Part shown: piece after piece, positions 11,830-24,339 of the stretch
Layout: the number at the start of each line of letters is the position of its first letter
Numbering within the stretch: the first letter of the stretch is position 1
DNA from: Octopus vulgaris
Lineage: Eukaryota
Length of the DNA stretch: 64,000 bases
Reading direction: 5' to 3'
NCBI GenBank assembly: GCA_951406725.2
Contig: OX597831.1
Span: 47,802,001-47,866,000 of the forward strand
Made by a program: the position numbers and the translations under genes
The notes under the pieces: model-generated
What the model saw: the letters and a program-made list of their open reading frames with translations, nothing else
Told to the model about the DNA's origin: nothing
Database searches by the model: none

Positions 11830-12152
11830 AATTAGAAGAAAACCACCTGTTATCAATTCAATAATGAAAAATTGAATTATACCATTTTGAAAAATTACAT
11901 ATTATAGAAAGATTAAATATAAGATAAAACATAACAATGATTAAGTAATGTGCAAAATAATAAATAAATAAAACCTATATATTTGGTATACTAAATATAT
12001 AAGTTTTATTTATTTACTATTTTGCACATTACTTAATTATAGCTATATGTTTTTTCTTATATCTAATCTTTCTATAATATGTAATTTTTCTAAATGGTAT
12101 GATTTAATTTTTCATTATTGAATTGATAAAAGGTGGTTTTTTTCTAATTTAT
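11825..12152. repeat. About 330-bp AT-rich imperfect palindrome next to (TA)n
   Basis: Centred on GTATAC (11986-11991); the arms pair along their length. Confidence 0.85.
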
Positions 12153-12156
12153 ATAT

Positions 12157-12486
12157 CATCATCATCATCATCATCATCGTTTAACGTCCGTTCTCAATGC
12201 TAGCATGGATTGGACGGTTCGACCGAGGATCTGGGAAGCCAGAAGGCTGCACCAGGCTCCAGTCTTATCTGGCAATGTTTCTACAGCTGGATGCCCTTCC
12301 TAACGCCAACCACTCCGTGAGTGTAGTGGGTGCTTTTTACGTGCCACCTGCACAGGTGCCAGGCGAGGCTGGCAACGGTCACGGTCGGATTGGTGCATTT
12401 TACGTGCCACCGGCACGGAAGCCAGTCGAGACGGCACTGGCATCGGCCACGATTCGGATGGTGCTTTTTACGTGCCACCGGCATGG

Positions 12487-12487
<1 letters not shown>
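12157..12487 (-). mobile_element. RTE-related SINE with (GAT)n tail and internal tandem units
   Basis: Minus strand has ggcgttaggaagggcatccagctgtagaaac...gacgttaaacgatgatg and repeated ggtggcacgtaaaa units. Confidence 0.8.
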
Positions 12488-12529
<42 letters not shown>

Positions 12530-12671
12530 TAGATATATATGTATATATATGTATAAGTGTATATGTATAAATATATATATGTGTGTGTGTGTGAGTGCAT
12601 GTGTATATGTATATGTATGTATATATTTATACATATGCATGTACGTTTATATGTGTATATATATATAAGTA

Positions 12672-12717
<46 letters not shown>

Positions 12718-12929
12718 CATAAATAACAATATATGGATTCAGCTAATCTAGTGGTACTCATGAAAGAAGCTCCTTAGTGTATCGTTCTACAAAATATAGA
12801 AGATATGGTATGATACAAGAGAAAACCAAAAGTACATAGAAAGCACCAGAAAAAGTAACATAATCTATTATCTACTTGAAATAGATGTGCCTCTATGATA
12901 CGCTTCAGCAGCCTTGGTGCAGGATTGTA

Positions 12930-12970
<41 letters not shown>

Positions 12971-13794
12971 TGAGTGAGTGAGAACTCGTATATTACATTG
13001 TCTTCTCATATGTTTGCTGATTGCAAACAGTAGCTTTGCTGGTGATGTTGTTTGCTTGCAGTCTTCCTCGAAAGCACATCTGGGCTTTGTGACATGTCCT
13101 GATATGTTGCACAATCTTTGTCAACAAAAAGCTCGTTTATAATGTATCATTTGTTTCCAGTTCTCTGTGTAAACATGTCCAGGCTATTGATTGTTCCATA
13201 AATTGGGAAATTAATTTCCTCATTTGAAAATAAGTGGGGGTTGGTGACAGGAAGGGCATCTGACCATAGATAACTCTGGTTTATCATATTCTTACCTGAT
13301 CCTCGCAAACATGGGAAAGTAGTTGTTAAAACAATGATGACTGATGGTTTTTATATGTTAGTTTTGGTAAAGCGCCACTGAGATAAAGATTGACTGTTGG
13401 TCAGATGGTTTAGGATTTGATTCAAGAAATGTAAGCTGCTTGAATAATTGATTAATTATTCTGTTTACTCTGTGTTCAAATAACAAAGCTATTATCCTAA
13501 TATTTGTAAAACGCAGTCACTATAGTTTTGTTGAATGCTGGGGGGCATAAATAATACAAAGTTCTTATACCGGATCTTGGAGTAGATCAAATAACCTACA
13601 CACTTTTTGTTTACACAACTTCAATAATAATCAATAAAGAGAATGTATTGTGATGAGATTTATCTTGTAAACATTAGACTTTTAAAATTAGGTTCTTAGT
13701 TCAAATCAGACCAAGATTTACTTTCCTCATTGCAGAAGTCTGTAAAATAAGAACCAATCAAATACCTAGAGTGGTATATAATAGATTCTACCTA

Positions 13795-14310
13795 CTGTAA
13801 ATCCTTGTGTATAGTCCGCCCTTGAGTATAATACGCAGGGGATTTTTAGGGGGCTGTACCTCTGAAAAACCTAAACCTTGTGTATAGTATGCACTGTAAC
13901 TTGAGTCATGCGTAATTAAGCCTGCAGCACCTAGTCGAACAAACACTTCGGTGCATGCGTAATTCAATAATGGTGATGTTCTTAACTGTTATATGGGAAT
14001 GTAAATATGTTTGCAAATTGTTTATGTTACATGTTATTCTGTGTTCTGAATACTTTTATTTTAATAAATGTTGCTTACTGCAAGTTATGGATGATTCTTT
14101 TATGACTTCATTTCTTTCAGGCTTAGCTTAATGTATTTTTGTGTCCGACATCACAAAATGCATCTGAATAAACATTGCCAGACAACAAATAGAGACTCGG
14201 ATATTGCTTAGAAAATACTTTTCATTTTTAACCTCGTATATAGTATGCACTAGGGATTTTGACCTTTAAATTTTGGGGAAAAAATGCGGATTATACTCGA
14301 GGATTTACGG
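13795..14310. mobile_element. pogo/Tigger-like MITE (Tc1/mariner superfamily)
   Basis: TA|CTGTAAATCCTTGTGTATAGTCCGC...GCGGATTATACTCGAGGATTTACGG|TA; subterminal gtatagtatgcact repeats. Confidence 0.8.
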
Positions 14311-14337
14311 TATTCCAAAATTCTCAGCTTTTTATAT

Positions 14338-14532
14338 AAGTGGTTCTCAACCATTTTTTGCCTATGGAACCCTTTGATTGCTATTTTACTTGGGTGAACC
14401 CTCATAACCATTCCATGTTATATATTCATAGCTGAATTAAAAAATTAGAATATTTTGCGTATTGTAGAATCATAACCAATTTATCGCTCATGGAACCTCA
14501 AGGATCATATAGACCCTGATTGTAAAACACTG
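14338..14532. mobile_element. hAT-type MITE, decayed
   Basis: Termini (a)AGTGGTTCTCAACC and gattgtaaaaCACTG resemble CAGTGGTTCTCAACC TIRs. Confidence 0.55.
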
Positions 14533-14841
14533 CTCCATATGAATTAGTTTTATTCTCAACATACACCCCTGACTGACTAGGTCTCTTACATTCCACAAAG
14601 CTTTCCTCCATCTCTTGGACTTTCAGATCAATTTCTTGGTTAGAGTTCAGACGGTTTTATGCTAACTAACCCAGGAAGCTATACAAGTAATTTAAATCAT
14701 CCTCACATCCAACACACAGCTAAAGCTCATAGCTACTAAAATTTCAAAATAGTTTATTCATGATTATGTTACTATGGCTCAGGCAAAAGCATGCAGCTAA
14801 TGACTCTTGAAACAAATCGCATGCTCCAACAAAACTGGACA

Positions 14842-15293
14842 GTGCAGGAGTGGCTGTGTGATAAGTAGCTTGCTTACCAACCATATGGTCCTAGGTTCAG
14901 TCCCACTGCGTGGCACTTTGGGCAAGTGTCTTCTGCTATAGCCTCGAGCTGACCAAGGCCTTGTGAGTGGATTTGGTAGACGGAAACTAAAAGAAGCCCG
15001 TCGTATATATGTATGTATATACATATATGTGTGTGTGTGTGTGTCTGTGTCTGTGTCTGTGTCTGTGTGTGTATGTGTGTGTATATGCTTGTGTTGTTTG
15101 TGCACCCAACATCACTTGACAATCGATGGTGGTGTGTTTATGTCCCCATAACTTAACAGTTCAGCAAAAGAGACCATTAGAATAAGTACTAAGCTTACAA
15201 AGAATACGTCCTGGGGTCGATTTGCTCAACTAAAGGTGGTGCTCCAGCATGGTCGCAGTCAAATGACTGAAACAAGTAAAAGAGTAAAGAGAG
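14842..15293 (+). mobile_element. tRNA-derived SINE, family A
   Basis: Full-length match to 8779-9193. Confidence 0.9.
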
Positions 15294-15661
15294 CTTTTAT
15301 ACATCTTCACAGCTTCTGCCAGATAATCACCCAAAATATGAAACCTGCATCATTGTACCACATAGCCCACAATTTCTCCCACATCCAAACTGAGCCCTTG
15401 CCAAAAGATCTCTATTGAGCCTTTGCCAAAAGGTTTCTATCCGCTTTGCAAAATTTCTCAAACACTTAATTTCTCAGCCATGGCTCTATAAACAGTATTT
15501 CTGTTGAGACTGCTTTCATATTTGCTGCCACTTTTGCATCCAATTTCACACTACTCTTTACATAAATCCCTTCCCAAACTTTCAGTTTCTGCTTTACCAG
15601 GTTCGTCACTACATATACATATGCACCAAATGAGTGAAAGCACCACCAGCTGTTTGAAGTG

Positions 15662-16348
15662 AAAGACGCCAATGGCCCTGACAATGTGCTTCCCATTACT
15701 CTTAAGCACTATGCCTTAGAGTTATCCCCTTTTCTCATCAAACATTTAGATCCCTCACTTTTCATCATGATAAATCTGGATGTTTGGAAACTATATAAAT
15801 GTATCCCATTTCTGTGAAGTGAAACTCATTCAGCCAAGCATCAGTCTACCACATTAACTTCTTATTTCTTTATTGCCCACAATGGACTAAACATAGAGGG
15901 GACAAACAAGGACAGACAAAGGGATTAAATTGATTACATCGAACCCTAGTGCATAATTGGTACTTAATTTATTGACCCTGAAAGGATGAAAGGCCAAGTT
16001 GACCTCAGCAGAATTTGAACCCAGAATGTAAAGACAGACGAAATACTGCTAAGCATTTCGCCTGGCATGCTAACGATTCTGCCTGCTTCTAACATGTCAA
16101 AGGCAATGGAGATAGCTACTAACAACAACATTCTCCAACACTTTGAATATCTTGTTCCTGTTAATGATCACATGCACTACTTAGTGAAGCCAAATCTACC
16201 GGAGACCTATTCCTCTCCTATGTCACTTGCCAGTAGGCCCTCACTCTCCAGAAATTTGGTGGAAACAGTGATATTGTGCTTGACAGCAACAAAACATTTA
16301 ACTCTGCCTGGCTCATGAATCACCTGGAAAAAATGCCTGCTTAAGGCC
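15662..16348 (+). pseudogene. Decayed non-LTR (CR1/Jockey-group-like) reverse transcriptase fragment split by a SINE
   Basis: Reads KDANGPDNVLPITLKHYALELSP...WK...TLTS [SINE] NMSKAME...LQHFE...KSTGDL...VLDSNKTFNSAW, with stops and frameshifts; matches the N-terminal RT motifs. Confidence 0.75.
15863..16090 (-). mobile_element. SINE, family B
   Basis: Reverse complement of gagttcaaattc..gaggtcgactttgcctttcatcctttcggggtcgataaattaagtacc; short cttct duplication at both ends. Confidence 0.85.
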
Positions 16349-16659
16349 TCTAGCAAGATTTGAAACTAAGTTGTCAAATTATGAAGTTTAAGTCATGGCA
16401 TAGCAACATCATGTTCATGTGAGAGGCTGAGTTATTGAGCAATTAGCAGCCAGATTTTATGTGATAGATTATTCTAGATCCTTCAAGAATGTCTCAGTTC
16501 AAGAGTTATATAAAGGCTTGTTTTTAGCGTCAACATTCAGTGTGTGGCAACCTGCTGCCTAGCTCCAAACACTCTCTTGCCATTTACTCAAAATTGATGG
16601 TCTGGCTTTGGGGTATGAATTCTCAATGCACAATACCACATTTCTGAGAGTGACACTCA

Positions 16660-17049
16660 TAGCAGATCTTCCAGCTCACTCATTGTCTTGGAGGGATGTT
16701 CTTCCACCTTTGAAGAACCCATGCCGCTTGAAACATAGTGCACAACTCTTTACCTTGTTGCTGTAAGCTTGCCAAAGCATGCTCAATGGCTCTGTAGCAG
16801 ACAGACTTCCCAAGTTTAACACAAACTTTCGTGTTGGCTTTTTGTTCCTATCCAGGACAAAATCACAGACTATAGCACACGTGTGATCACAAAAAACACA
16901 AATTTCACAACATCGAAGTAAACACAGCTATGTCCCTCAGCACACTGCTTCATGAAGGTTACTGCTTGCTCTCACTGTACATACAACTGTGTGCTTCCAT
17001 CTGTTGGTGCACTACAGAACTAGTCTGGGAACCTTTTGATACCACCTTA
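16660..17049 (-). mobile_element. Mariner 5' fragment, same family as 40165-41084
   Basis: TIR ctagtctgggaaccttttgataccacct; reverse-complement similarity to 40165-40540. Confidence 0.8.
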
Positions 17050-17396
17050 TTTAATAATCATTTTTCATGATTCCTACTCAGCCTGGATATGTTGTTATAG
17101 TTGGATGATTAGAATCTGATGTGTTTATTTTCTCCTGTCTAGGCAAGATTAAGTACAGAGCTTTTGTAATCAACTACTTATTTTGTAATGAACTATTATT
17201 TAGTTTCATAGTGAGGCGCTAAAAGCACCATCCAAGTGTGATTGGTGCAGCCACCTGGTTCGCCAGTCCTCAGTCAAATTGCCCAACCCATGCAAGCATG
17301 GAAAGCAGACGTTAAATGATGATGATGATGAACCTCAGTACTCGACTGATTCTTATTTTATCAGCCCCAAAAGGATGAAAGGCAAAATCGTAGATG

Positions 17397-17439
<43 letters not shown>

Positions 17440-17473
17440 ATAATAATAATAATAATAATATAATGGTGATGAT

Positions 17474-17691
17474 AATCCTTTCTACTGAAAGCACAAAGCC
17501 TCAAATTTGGGGTAAGGGATTAAGTCAATTACATCGACCCTAGTGCATAACTGGTACTTATTTAATTGACCCCGAAAGGATGGAAGCCAAAGTCGACCTC
17601 GGTGGAATTTGAACTCAGAACATAAAGAGAGATTACATACTGCTAAGCATTTCACCTAGCATGCTAACAATTCTGCCAGCTCACCACCTTC

Positions 17692-17692
<1 letters not shown>
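17474..17692 (-). mobile_element. SINE, family B, in an (AAT)n tract
   Basis: gaccccgaaaggatggaagccaaagtcgacctcggtggaatttgaactcag...ctgccagctcaccacc. Confidence 0.85.
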
Positions 17693-17746
<54 letters not shown>

Positions 17747-17756
17747 TAATAATTAA

Positions 17757-18220
17757 TAAAAGATGGGCTACAGAAAATATTCTGCTCAATACCACACATT
17801 TGATTGTCAGTTGTTTGACTGTAACTAGTTCAGCATGTCCCTTAGTGGCTGCCGATATGTGCATCTCTGATCACAAGCTGAAGTAGTTGGGGAGCATCAT
17901 AGCAATGTGTTGAGAGGAATTCTTTGGGGTTTGAATAATTCACCTCTGGAAACATGGGTGTTTCATTCAACATCCTTAAACAATCAATATTCGGGGACAT
18001 TTTGAGCAGGATGGGCTACTTGACCTGAAGAAAATTCTAACTCGGCCCCACTTGCAAGGTCATGTGCTATTTATCTTGATATGAAATCATGTCGCACACA
18101 TGGTTATGATGCATGTGACTGGTGCACCCTTATCAGATGGGTAGTCATGATGGGTATACTGGGTTTCGTATATTTTACCCCAATGTCACTTTGATGGCAT
18201 GCACTGCTCTCTCACTCAAT
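17757..18220. repeat. Interspersed repeat embedded in (AAT)n
   Basis: (AAT)n on both sides; partial homolog at 4680-4910. Confidence 0.65.
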
Positions 18221-18259
18221 AATAATAACAATAATAATAATAATAATAATAATAACAAT

Positions 18260-18495
18260 AATCCTTTCTACTATAGGCACAAGGCCTACTATAGGCATAA
18301 GGCCTGAAACTTTTGGGTTGGAGACTAGTCAGTTACATCAACCCCTGTGTTTCACTGGTACTTAATTTATCGACCCCTGAAAGAATGAAAGGCAAAGTCG
18401 TCCTTGGCAGAATTTGAACTCAGAATGCAGAGACAGACGAAATACCACTAAGCATTTCACCCAGTATGCTAACAATTCTCTCAGCTCACCATCTA
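18260..18495 (-). mobile_element. SINE, family B
   Basis: Matches 17474-17692; has an internal ctactataggcacaaggc duplication. Confidence 0.85.
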
Positions 18496-19326
18496 AATAA
18501 TAATGATAATAATGATAATAATAATAATAATGGTTTCTTATAATAACAATAATAATAATGAAAGTTTATAGCCCCCACACAGAGCAATCTATTATTGCAG
18601 ATCATATTTTCACGAACCTCTGACATCTTTGATTTATTTGTTATTATTTTTTTTCTGTTTTTAGAACTAATTTTCTTTTAGTATTTCTTGCCTGTTCAAA
18701 TTATCCTCCCACTGGAAAACTGACTGAAATTACAAGAAGGGGATTCTTGGGAGATACATATAGTCTTTGTTGCACTGTGTGAATAGTTGTATCTACCTGC
18801 AGGCCACATTCTTACAAATGTAGTTGATAACCAATCGATATTTACTGGTTTTGAAATTCCCTTAAGTATAGAAAGTTAGAAAGTGTGTGTGTGCGTGTGT
18901 GCATGTGTGTCTGTGTGTGTGCGTGTGTGTGTATGTGTGTGTGTGTGTGTGGTAGTGGCGTGGGTGGCAGTGTTGAAGTTGGTGGTAATGGTGCCAGCCG
19001 TGTTGGTGATGACGGTGGTGGGTGCCGTTGGCTGTTTAGAGCTGGCTTCCAACGCATCAGTCTTGTTCCAGCTGAGAGGAAACAAGATTGTTTCGTTGAA
19101 ACAATTTATTATTAACTACTGAATGTAAATTAGCAGTTGGATGAACAGGGCAGAAGAGTTAAGATACAAAGTGACTTATTTTATTTTGGATTACCATCAA
19201 TATATTTATCTCTTCTTCCACTTTCTTTCTCTTACTCTCTTTCTTTATTTCTCTCTCTCTTTCTCTCTGTCTCTCTTCACTCTGTTTCTTCATATATATA
19301 TGTATCATTGAATGGATGACTCTCTC

Positions 19327-19553
<227 letters not shown>

Positions 19554-19850
19554 CACACACACTATTTATAAACCATCTTATGGTTCTTTGTTCTGAGCAA
19601 ATGCCTTTTGTTAAACTTACTGTTTTATTAAGGTGTGTTGACACACACAGTTCTATTAATTTGAGTTCTTTATTCTAAATTTTATTACCATATTCTCATG
19701 TTCCTTTGAATAGATAACCCAAGGGTACACACACACACACACACACACGCACACACATACAAGTGAGTGGACAAATGAAAGAAAAGAGCACTCAACACAT
19801 TGAGTAGGAGCTACATGTATTATCTAAAACAGTATGATTTTGCTCCATGT

Positions 19851-19897
19851 GGCTTAAAGTTTCATGGACTCCTGACAGAAGCCCATCTTTTTCAGGC
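19851..19897 (-). ncRNA. Degenerate hammerhead-like motif upstream of and antisense to the PLE ORF
   Basis: Minus strand: gc CTGAAAA ag atgggcttc-tgtca-ggagtccat GAAA CTTTAAGCC; good stem II, mutated core and cleavage site. Confidence 0.4.
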
Positions 19898-19971
19898 TTA
19901 GATTATTGAATATATATATTTATGCACATATATCTTCTGGGGTTGGAAGGTTTAAGCTTCTAGAAACTAGT

Positions 19972-21630
19972 AAGAACAGTAAATTCTTGCGACTAGACAT
20001 AGAAACCTATTATACCACTATTTATCTGATTCTTAATCAAGCCCTGATTTATAGCATGAAAAATTGCAATTTGTCCCAATGGGAAATAGATATTATACTT
20101 GCCACATTAGCCACTCTAGTAGATTTTGAAGATAGATTATGGAATAGATTGGATAGGGAGAATGCATTTGATATAGCAATGGGCTCATATGATTCTGCTC
20201 AGATCACAAACCTAGTCAGAATATACATCCTTTCATTAATCCAGTTTTCCTTTCCAGAAGTAACCTGGGATCTATATAGGGATGCTGCCTTATTTTTTTC
20301 TGGACAGAAGTAGAAAAGTACAGTTAGAAAGGCATAGGAAAAATTTCTCTAGACTTTTAAAAAATTTAGGACTAAACATTACTATGGGTAAAGATTTATG
20401 AATTTTCTTGATACTAGCTTCTATCTTGATACTGAATTATTTGAACCATTTCATGAGCCAAATGATCATATTAAGTACATTAACAAGGCATCCAACCATC
20501 CATTCAGGGTTTAGTTAAGAATTTCTCTACAAGAATTTCTAGATTATCTGTTAATAAAATTATCAAATCTCATGCAACTTATTATAATGCTGCTCTAGTT
20601 GGGTACCATGAAAAAAATTCAATATATACAAGAAGCAGGAATACACAACATTGGCAATTCCTCCAATTGTAATACACATTGTACACCACAATGTCAGAGT
20701 TTGAGAGCTCACTCAGATAGAGAATACAAGCCAGGAAGAATTGGTCATATCAGTGAACTACCAACAAAAACTCATGGACGCACATAATAATCCAGCTGCT
20801 TGTTCCAATCCTGTGCAACAAACTCGATCAAATAAGCCTAACAACAGATATAAGAATCAGGATGTTCTCTGGTTCAATCCAATTTTCAGTTTGCATGTTT
20901 CAACCAAGATCACTGGAAAATTTTTTGCTGCTTTGGGCAAATGTTTTCCTAAATCTAATTGGTATCATGCTATTTTTAATAAGCACACCATGAAGGTATC
21001 CTACACCAACTCTGCTAATTTAGAGCAGCTTATGCATCGCATAAACAATAGTAAAATGTGGCAAAGGTTCAATAACCCACCTACTGGACCAAGGAGATGT
21101 AAACCACAATGATAAACAATAACTACAACCAAATTGTAGTAGTAGAAATAATTATGATACAGATAACACAGTAACAACGTTGGTAAATGGAGTCAGGACT
21201 GCCTTATACACAAATAAATGCTCATGCAGAAAAAAAATCAAAATGTTGTTTGATGAATCTCTGTATTAGTACAAATCTTGTGTATAAATGTACTGTGCAC
21301 ACAAGGGTCGGGCCGTATGTTTACATAAGGCAGATGGCTGATTCATTTAAGAATCATTATTATAACCATGCTATCAGCTTTAAGACAATCAATAAGAGAC
21401 ATTCAACATCTTTGGCAGATTTTGTACGGTGACTTAAGGAGGATAAAATGAAGTACAGCGTAACTTGGCCCATAGTAAGGCTTATACAATATAAACCATA
21501 CAATATAATTTCCAGGAGATGCTGTCTCTGCTCTGAGAAATCCCTGTCTATTCTGTGGACTAACGAGAAGATCATTAGTAGAATTTCTGAACGACTCTTG
21601 AGATGCTTACATGCATATAAATGTACTTAA
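19972..21630 (+). pseudogene. Penelope-like retroelement (Naiad-like) RT + GIY-YIG endonuclease, 5'-truncated and decayed
   Basis: LDIETYY, FDIAMGSYDSAQITNLV, LYRDA (YRDD), NFLD, YINKASNHP, WFNPIFS, IFNKHTMKVSY, KCSCR..C, LVYKC..YVYI, NHAISF, CCLCSEK, CLH; several stops and frameshifts. Confidence 0.88.
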
Positions 21631-21910
21631 ACACAATGCAGCAGGAATGAATTTTGAGTAACTGTTAACATAATTTAATTTACCTTAAGGTATGAATGAC
21701 TTATGTTTACTTTAAACCTCCCCATTCTTACAAGCACAAAGTAGATAGCTAACTTGCTTTCTGATTGTGAGTGCACCAAACCTCTCATGTGCGTATGCTC
21801 ACATTTTTGTGGATGCTTGTATGAGCAAGTGTACTCAATCCATGCAGCTTGCTCGAGGGTGTTTATACATCCATGGTAAGCTACTTACCACACAGCCACT
21901 CCTGCACCTA

Positions 21911-22153
21911 CTGCGACATATACTCTGGTTACTAGAACAATGCCATTCTAAAACAGCTTTCGAATGGGCCCAGTCAGAGAGTGAAAAATAAAAAAGAAAC
22001 AGAAGTAGACCAAAAAGTAAGAGGTACAAGATATCTGTAACCAACTTGAGGGAGGCCAATATCACATGGGTAAATGTAGAGAAAACTACAGACAACAGAA
22101 ACTAGTAGCATCAGCTTACTGCCCAATATGCTCAAGAGTTCAGGAGGAACTGA
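21911..22153 (+). pseudogene. RTE-clade LINE 3' terminal fragment
   Basis: LRHILWL...AFEW...KRNRSRPK...ITWVNVEKTTDNRN**...RRN*, matching the RTE C-terminal pattern GH-LR...RGRP...W...DR..W. Confidence 0.7.
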
Positions 22154-22563
22154 AACTGTACTAATAAGACCAAACCATCTTCACAGTTGTCACCATGCTG
22201 TCAAATACCTGACTTATTCCCCACTGAATTTCATATTAAATTTTAATTTGAATTCCTGGTTTGTCTCCCTTGCTATTTTTGATCAGAGTTAATCATGAAA
22301 ATAATGATTTTTTTTTTTTGTCATTACTATGAATGTAATTTAATTTTAGATATTGTTGATTCAATACATCTTGTGTGTTAGTGTCCGTTTTAGATTTTAG
22401 TTATATAATTTTATTTCCATTGTTGGTATTTTATCACTTGATAAAATTATCTTCTGGTTGAGAGTATATATAAGATAGAGAGAAAAGACAGAGAAGACAT
22501 GTGTGTGTGTATGTTTGTGTAAAAATATGAGTATTCATTGTTAAAGGTGTGTTTGCCATATAC

Positions 22564-22596
<33 letters not shown>

Positions 22597-23088
22597 CATA
22601 CACACACACACATCACACACATAAACACACACACATGTACATACATGTATGTATATGTAGGTCACATGTGTATATATAAATATACAGTGGGTATGTGTAT
22701 TTTCATTGATATTTGCTTTGTTATATAGATATGTGTTTGTGTATACAGGTATATATATATTTCATTCTGTATGTACCTATGTATTACTTTGTGTATCTGT
22801 GTGTATGTAAATGCATGTGCTTTTCTATGATTCTTTATTTGAGTATCTGTCCCAAAGAACAGACACACACACACATGTGCATGTGTATATGTATATATAT
22901 ATCTGACAATGCATTAGGAAGACAAAAAAGAAAACAAATAAGAAAGAAGAAATATTGCTGGAAAATCTATAATCTACAGGTTTTAAGGTTAATCAATAGA
23001 TTTGATGCAGTGAGTTTGATAACATAATGAAATTAGATTAAATATGATTCATGGACTAACATGACTTGACTGACAACACCAACATGTG

Positions 23089-23127
<39 letters not shown>

Positions 23128-23330
23128 ACACACATATACACACATGCACACATATACACGTGTGCCCACCTGCACACTATCACCACCATTAGTTGATTGA
23201 ACGCATGAGACATGGACCAACGAAGGAGTTACTCTACATGGATGCTTGAGCCATTAGAAATAGCAGCCATGTCTCACTTTTTCTGAGCATATCTTACTGT
23301 CTTAGTAAAAGTAAAGTTATATTATGTAAA

Positions 23331-23890
23331 GGCGCATGGCTCAGTGGTTAGAGCATTGAGCTCACAATCATGAGGTAGTGAGTTTGATTCCTGGACTGGG
23401 CTGTGTGTTGTGTTCTTGAGCAAGACACTTTATTTCACGTTGTTCCAGTTTACTCAGCTGTAGAAATGAGTTGTGACATCACTGGTGCCAAAGTGTATCA
23501 GCCCCTTTGCCTTTCCCTTAGATACCTATTTCTTTACTACCCACAAGGGACCAAACGCAAAGGGGACAGACAAGGACAGACAAACGGATTAAGTCGATTA
23601 CATCGACCCCAGTGAGTAACTGGTTCTTAATTTATCGACCTCGAAAGTCGACCATGGCAGAATTTGAACTCAGAATGTAACGCCAGACGAAATAGCGCGA
23701 AGCTTTTCACCTGGCGCGCAAACGACTCTGCCAGCTCGCCACCCCTTTCCCTTAGATACCATCACTGGCATAGAGAGGGGAGACTGGTATGCATGGGTGA
23801 CTGCTGGTCTTCCATAAACAACCTTTCCCAGACTTGTGCCATGGAGGGTAACTTTCTAGGTGCAATCCCATGGTCATTCATGACCGATGG
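23331..23890 (+). mobile_element. tRNA-derived SINE, family D, interrupted by a family B SINE
   Basis: A box TGGCTCAGTGG, B box GTTTGATTCC; insertion at 23527-23743 has a 17-bp TSD. Confidence 0.8.
23527..23743 (-). mobile_element. SINE, family B, nested
   Basis: TSD CCTTTCCCTTAGATACC at 23510-23526 and 23744-23760. Confidence 0.9.
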
Positions 23891-24339
23891 AGCAGGAGGT
23901 CCTCCTCATATTATACAATTCAATCTGGCGCACATTGTCATCCTCATTCATCACCATCTTTTAAATGAAGACAGAATGTTTCTGGCTGGATCACTTTTGC
24001 TTGACCAGGATCAAACTGGGACTAAACAACAAATATATGCCAGCAAGTGTCCCTTTACTTGGCTTGATTGATCTACAGAAAATAGCAACCAATTCTCCTT
24101 GAAATCATAGTGTACCATCTTAAAAGTAAAAGAATACATTGAACAGTGTATACTTAGATATAAGTAAGGTCGTAGTTGGAGAGGTACTTAAGCATAGATC
24201 TGCTCAATCAAGACTGACCTAGGGCTAAACAACAACAAAAATAACTATTACAATAATAAAATAAAATAAAAAAATAACTATTAGATGTGAAGTAACAACA
24301 ATGGAAATCATTTTGTATTTTAAATAGCTTTGTGATTCA

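Noticed and set aside
21430-21432. In-frame TGA in the Naiad-like endonuclease as possible selenocysteine
   Set aside because: It is not at a conserved Cys position (context FVR*LK, expected W-x-LK), the visible Cys codons are TGY, and the copy has many other disabling mutations.
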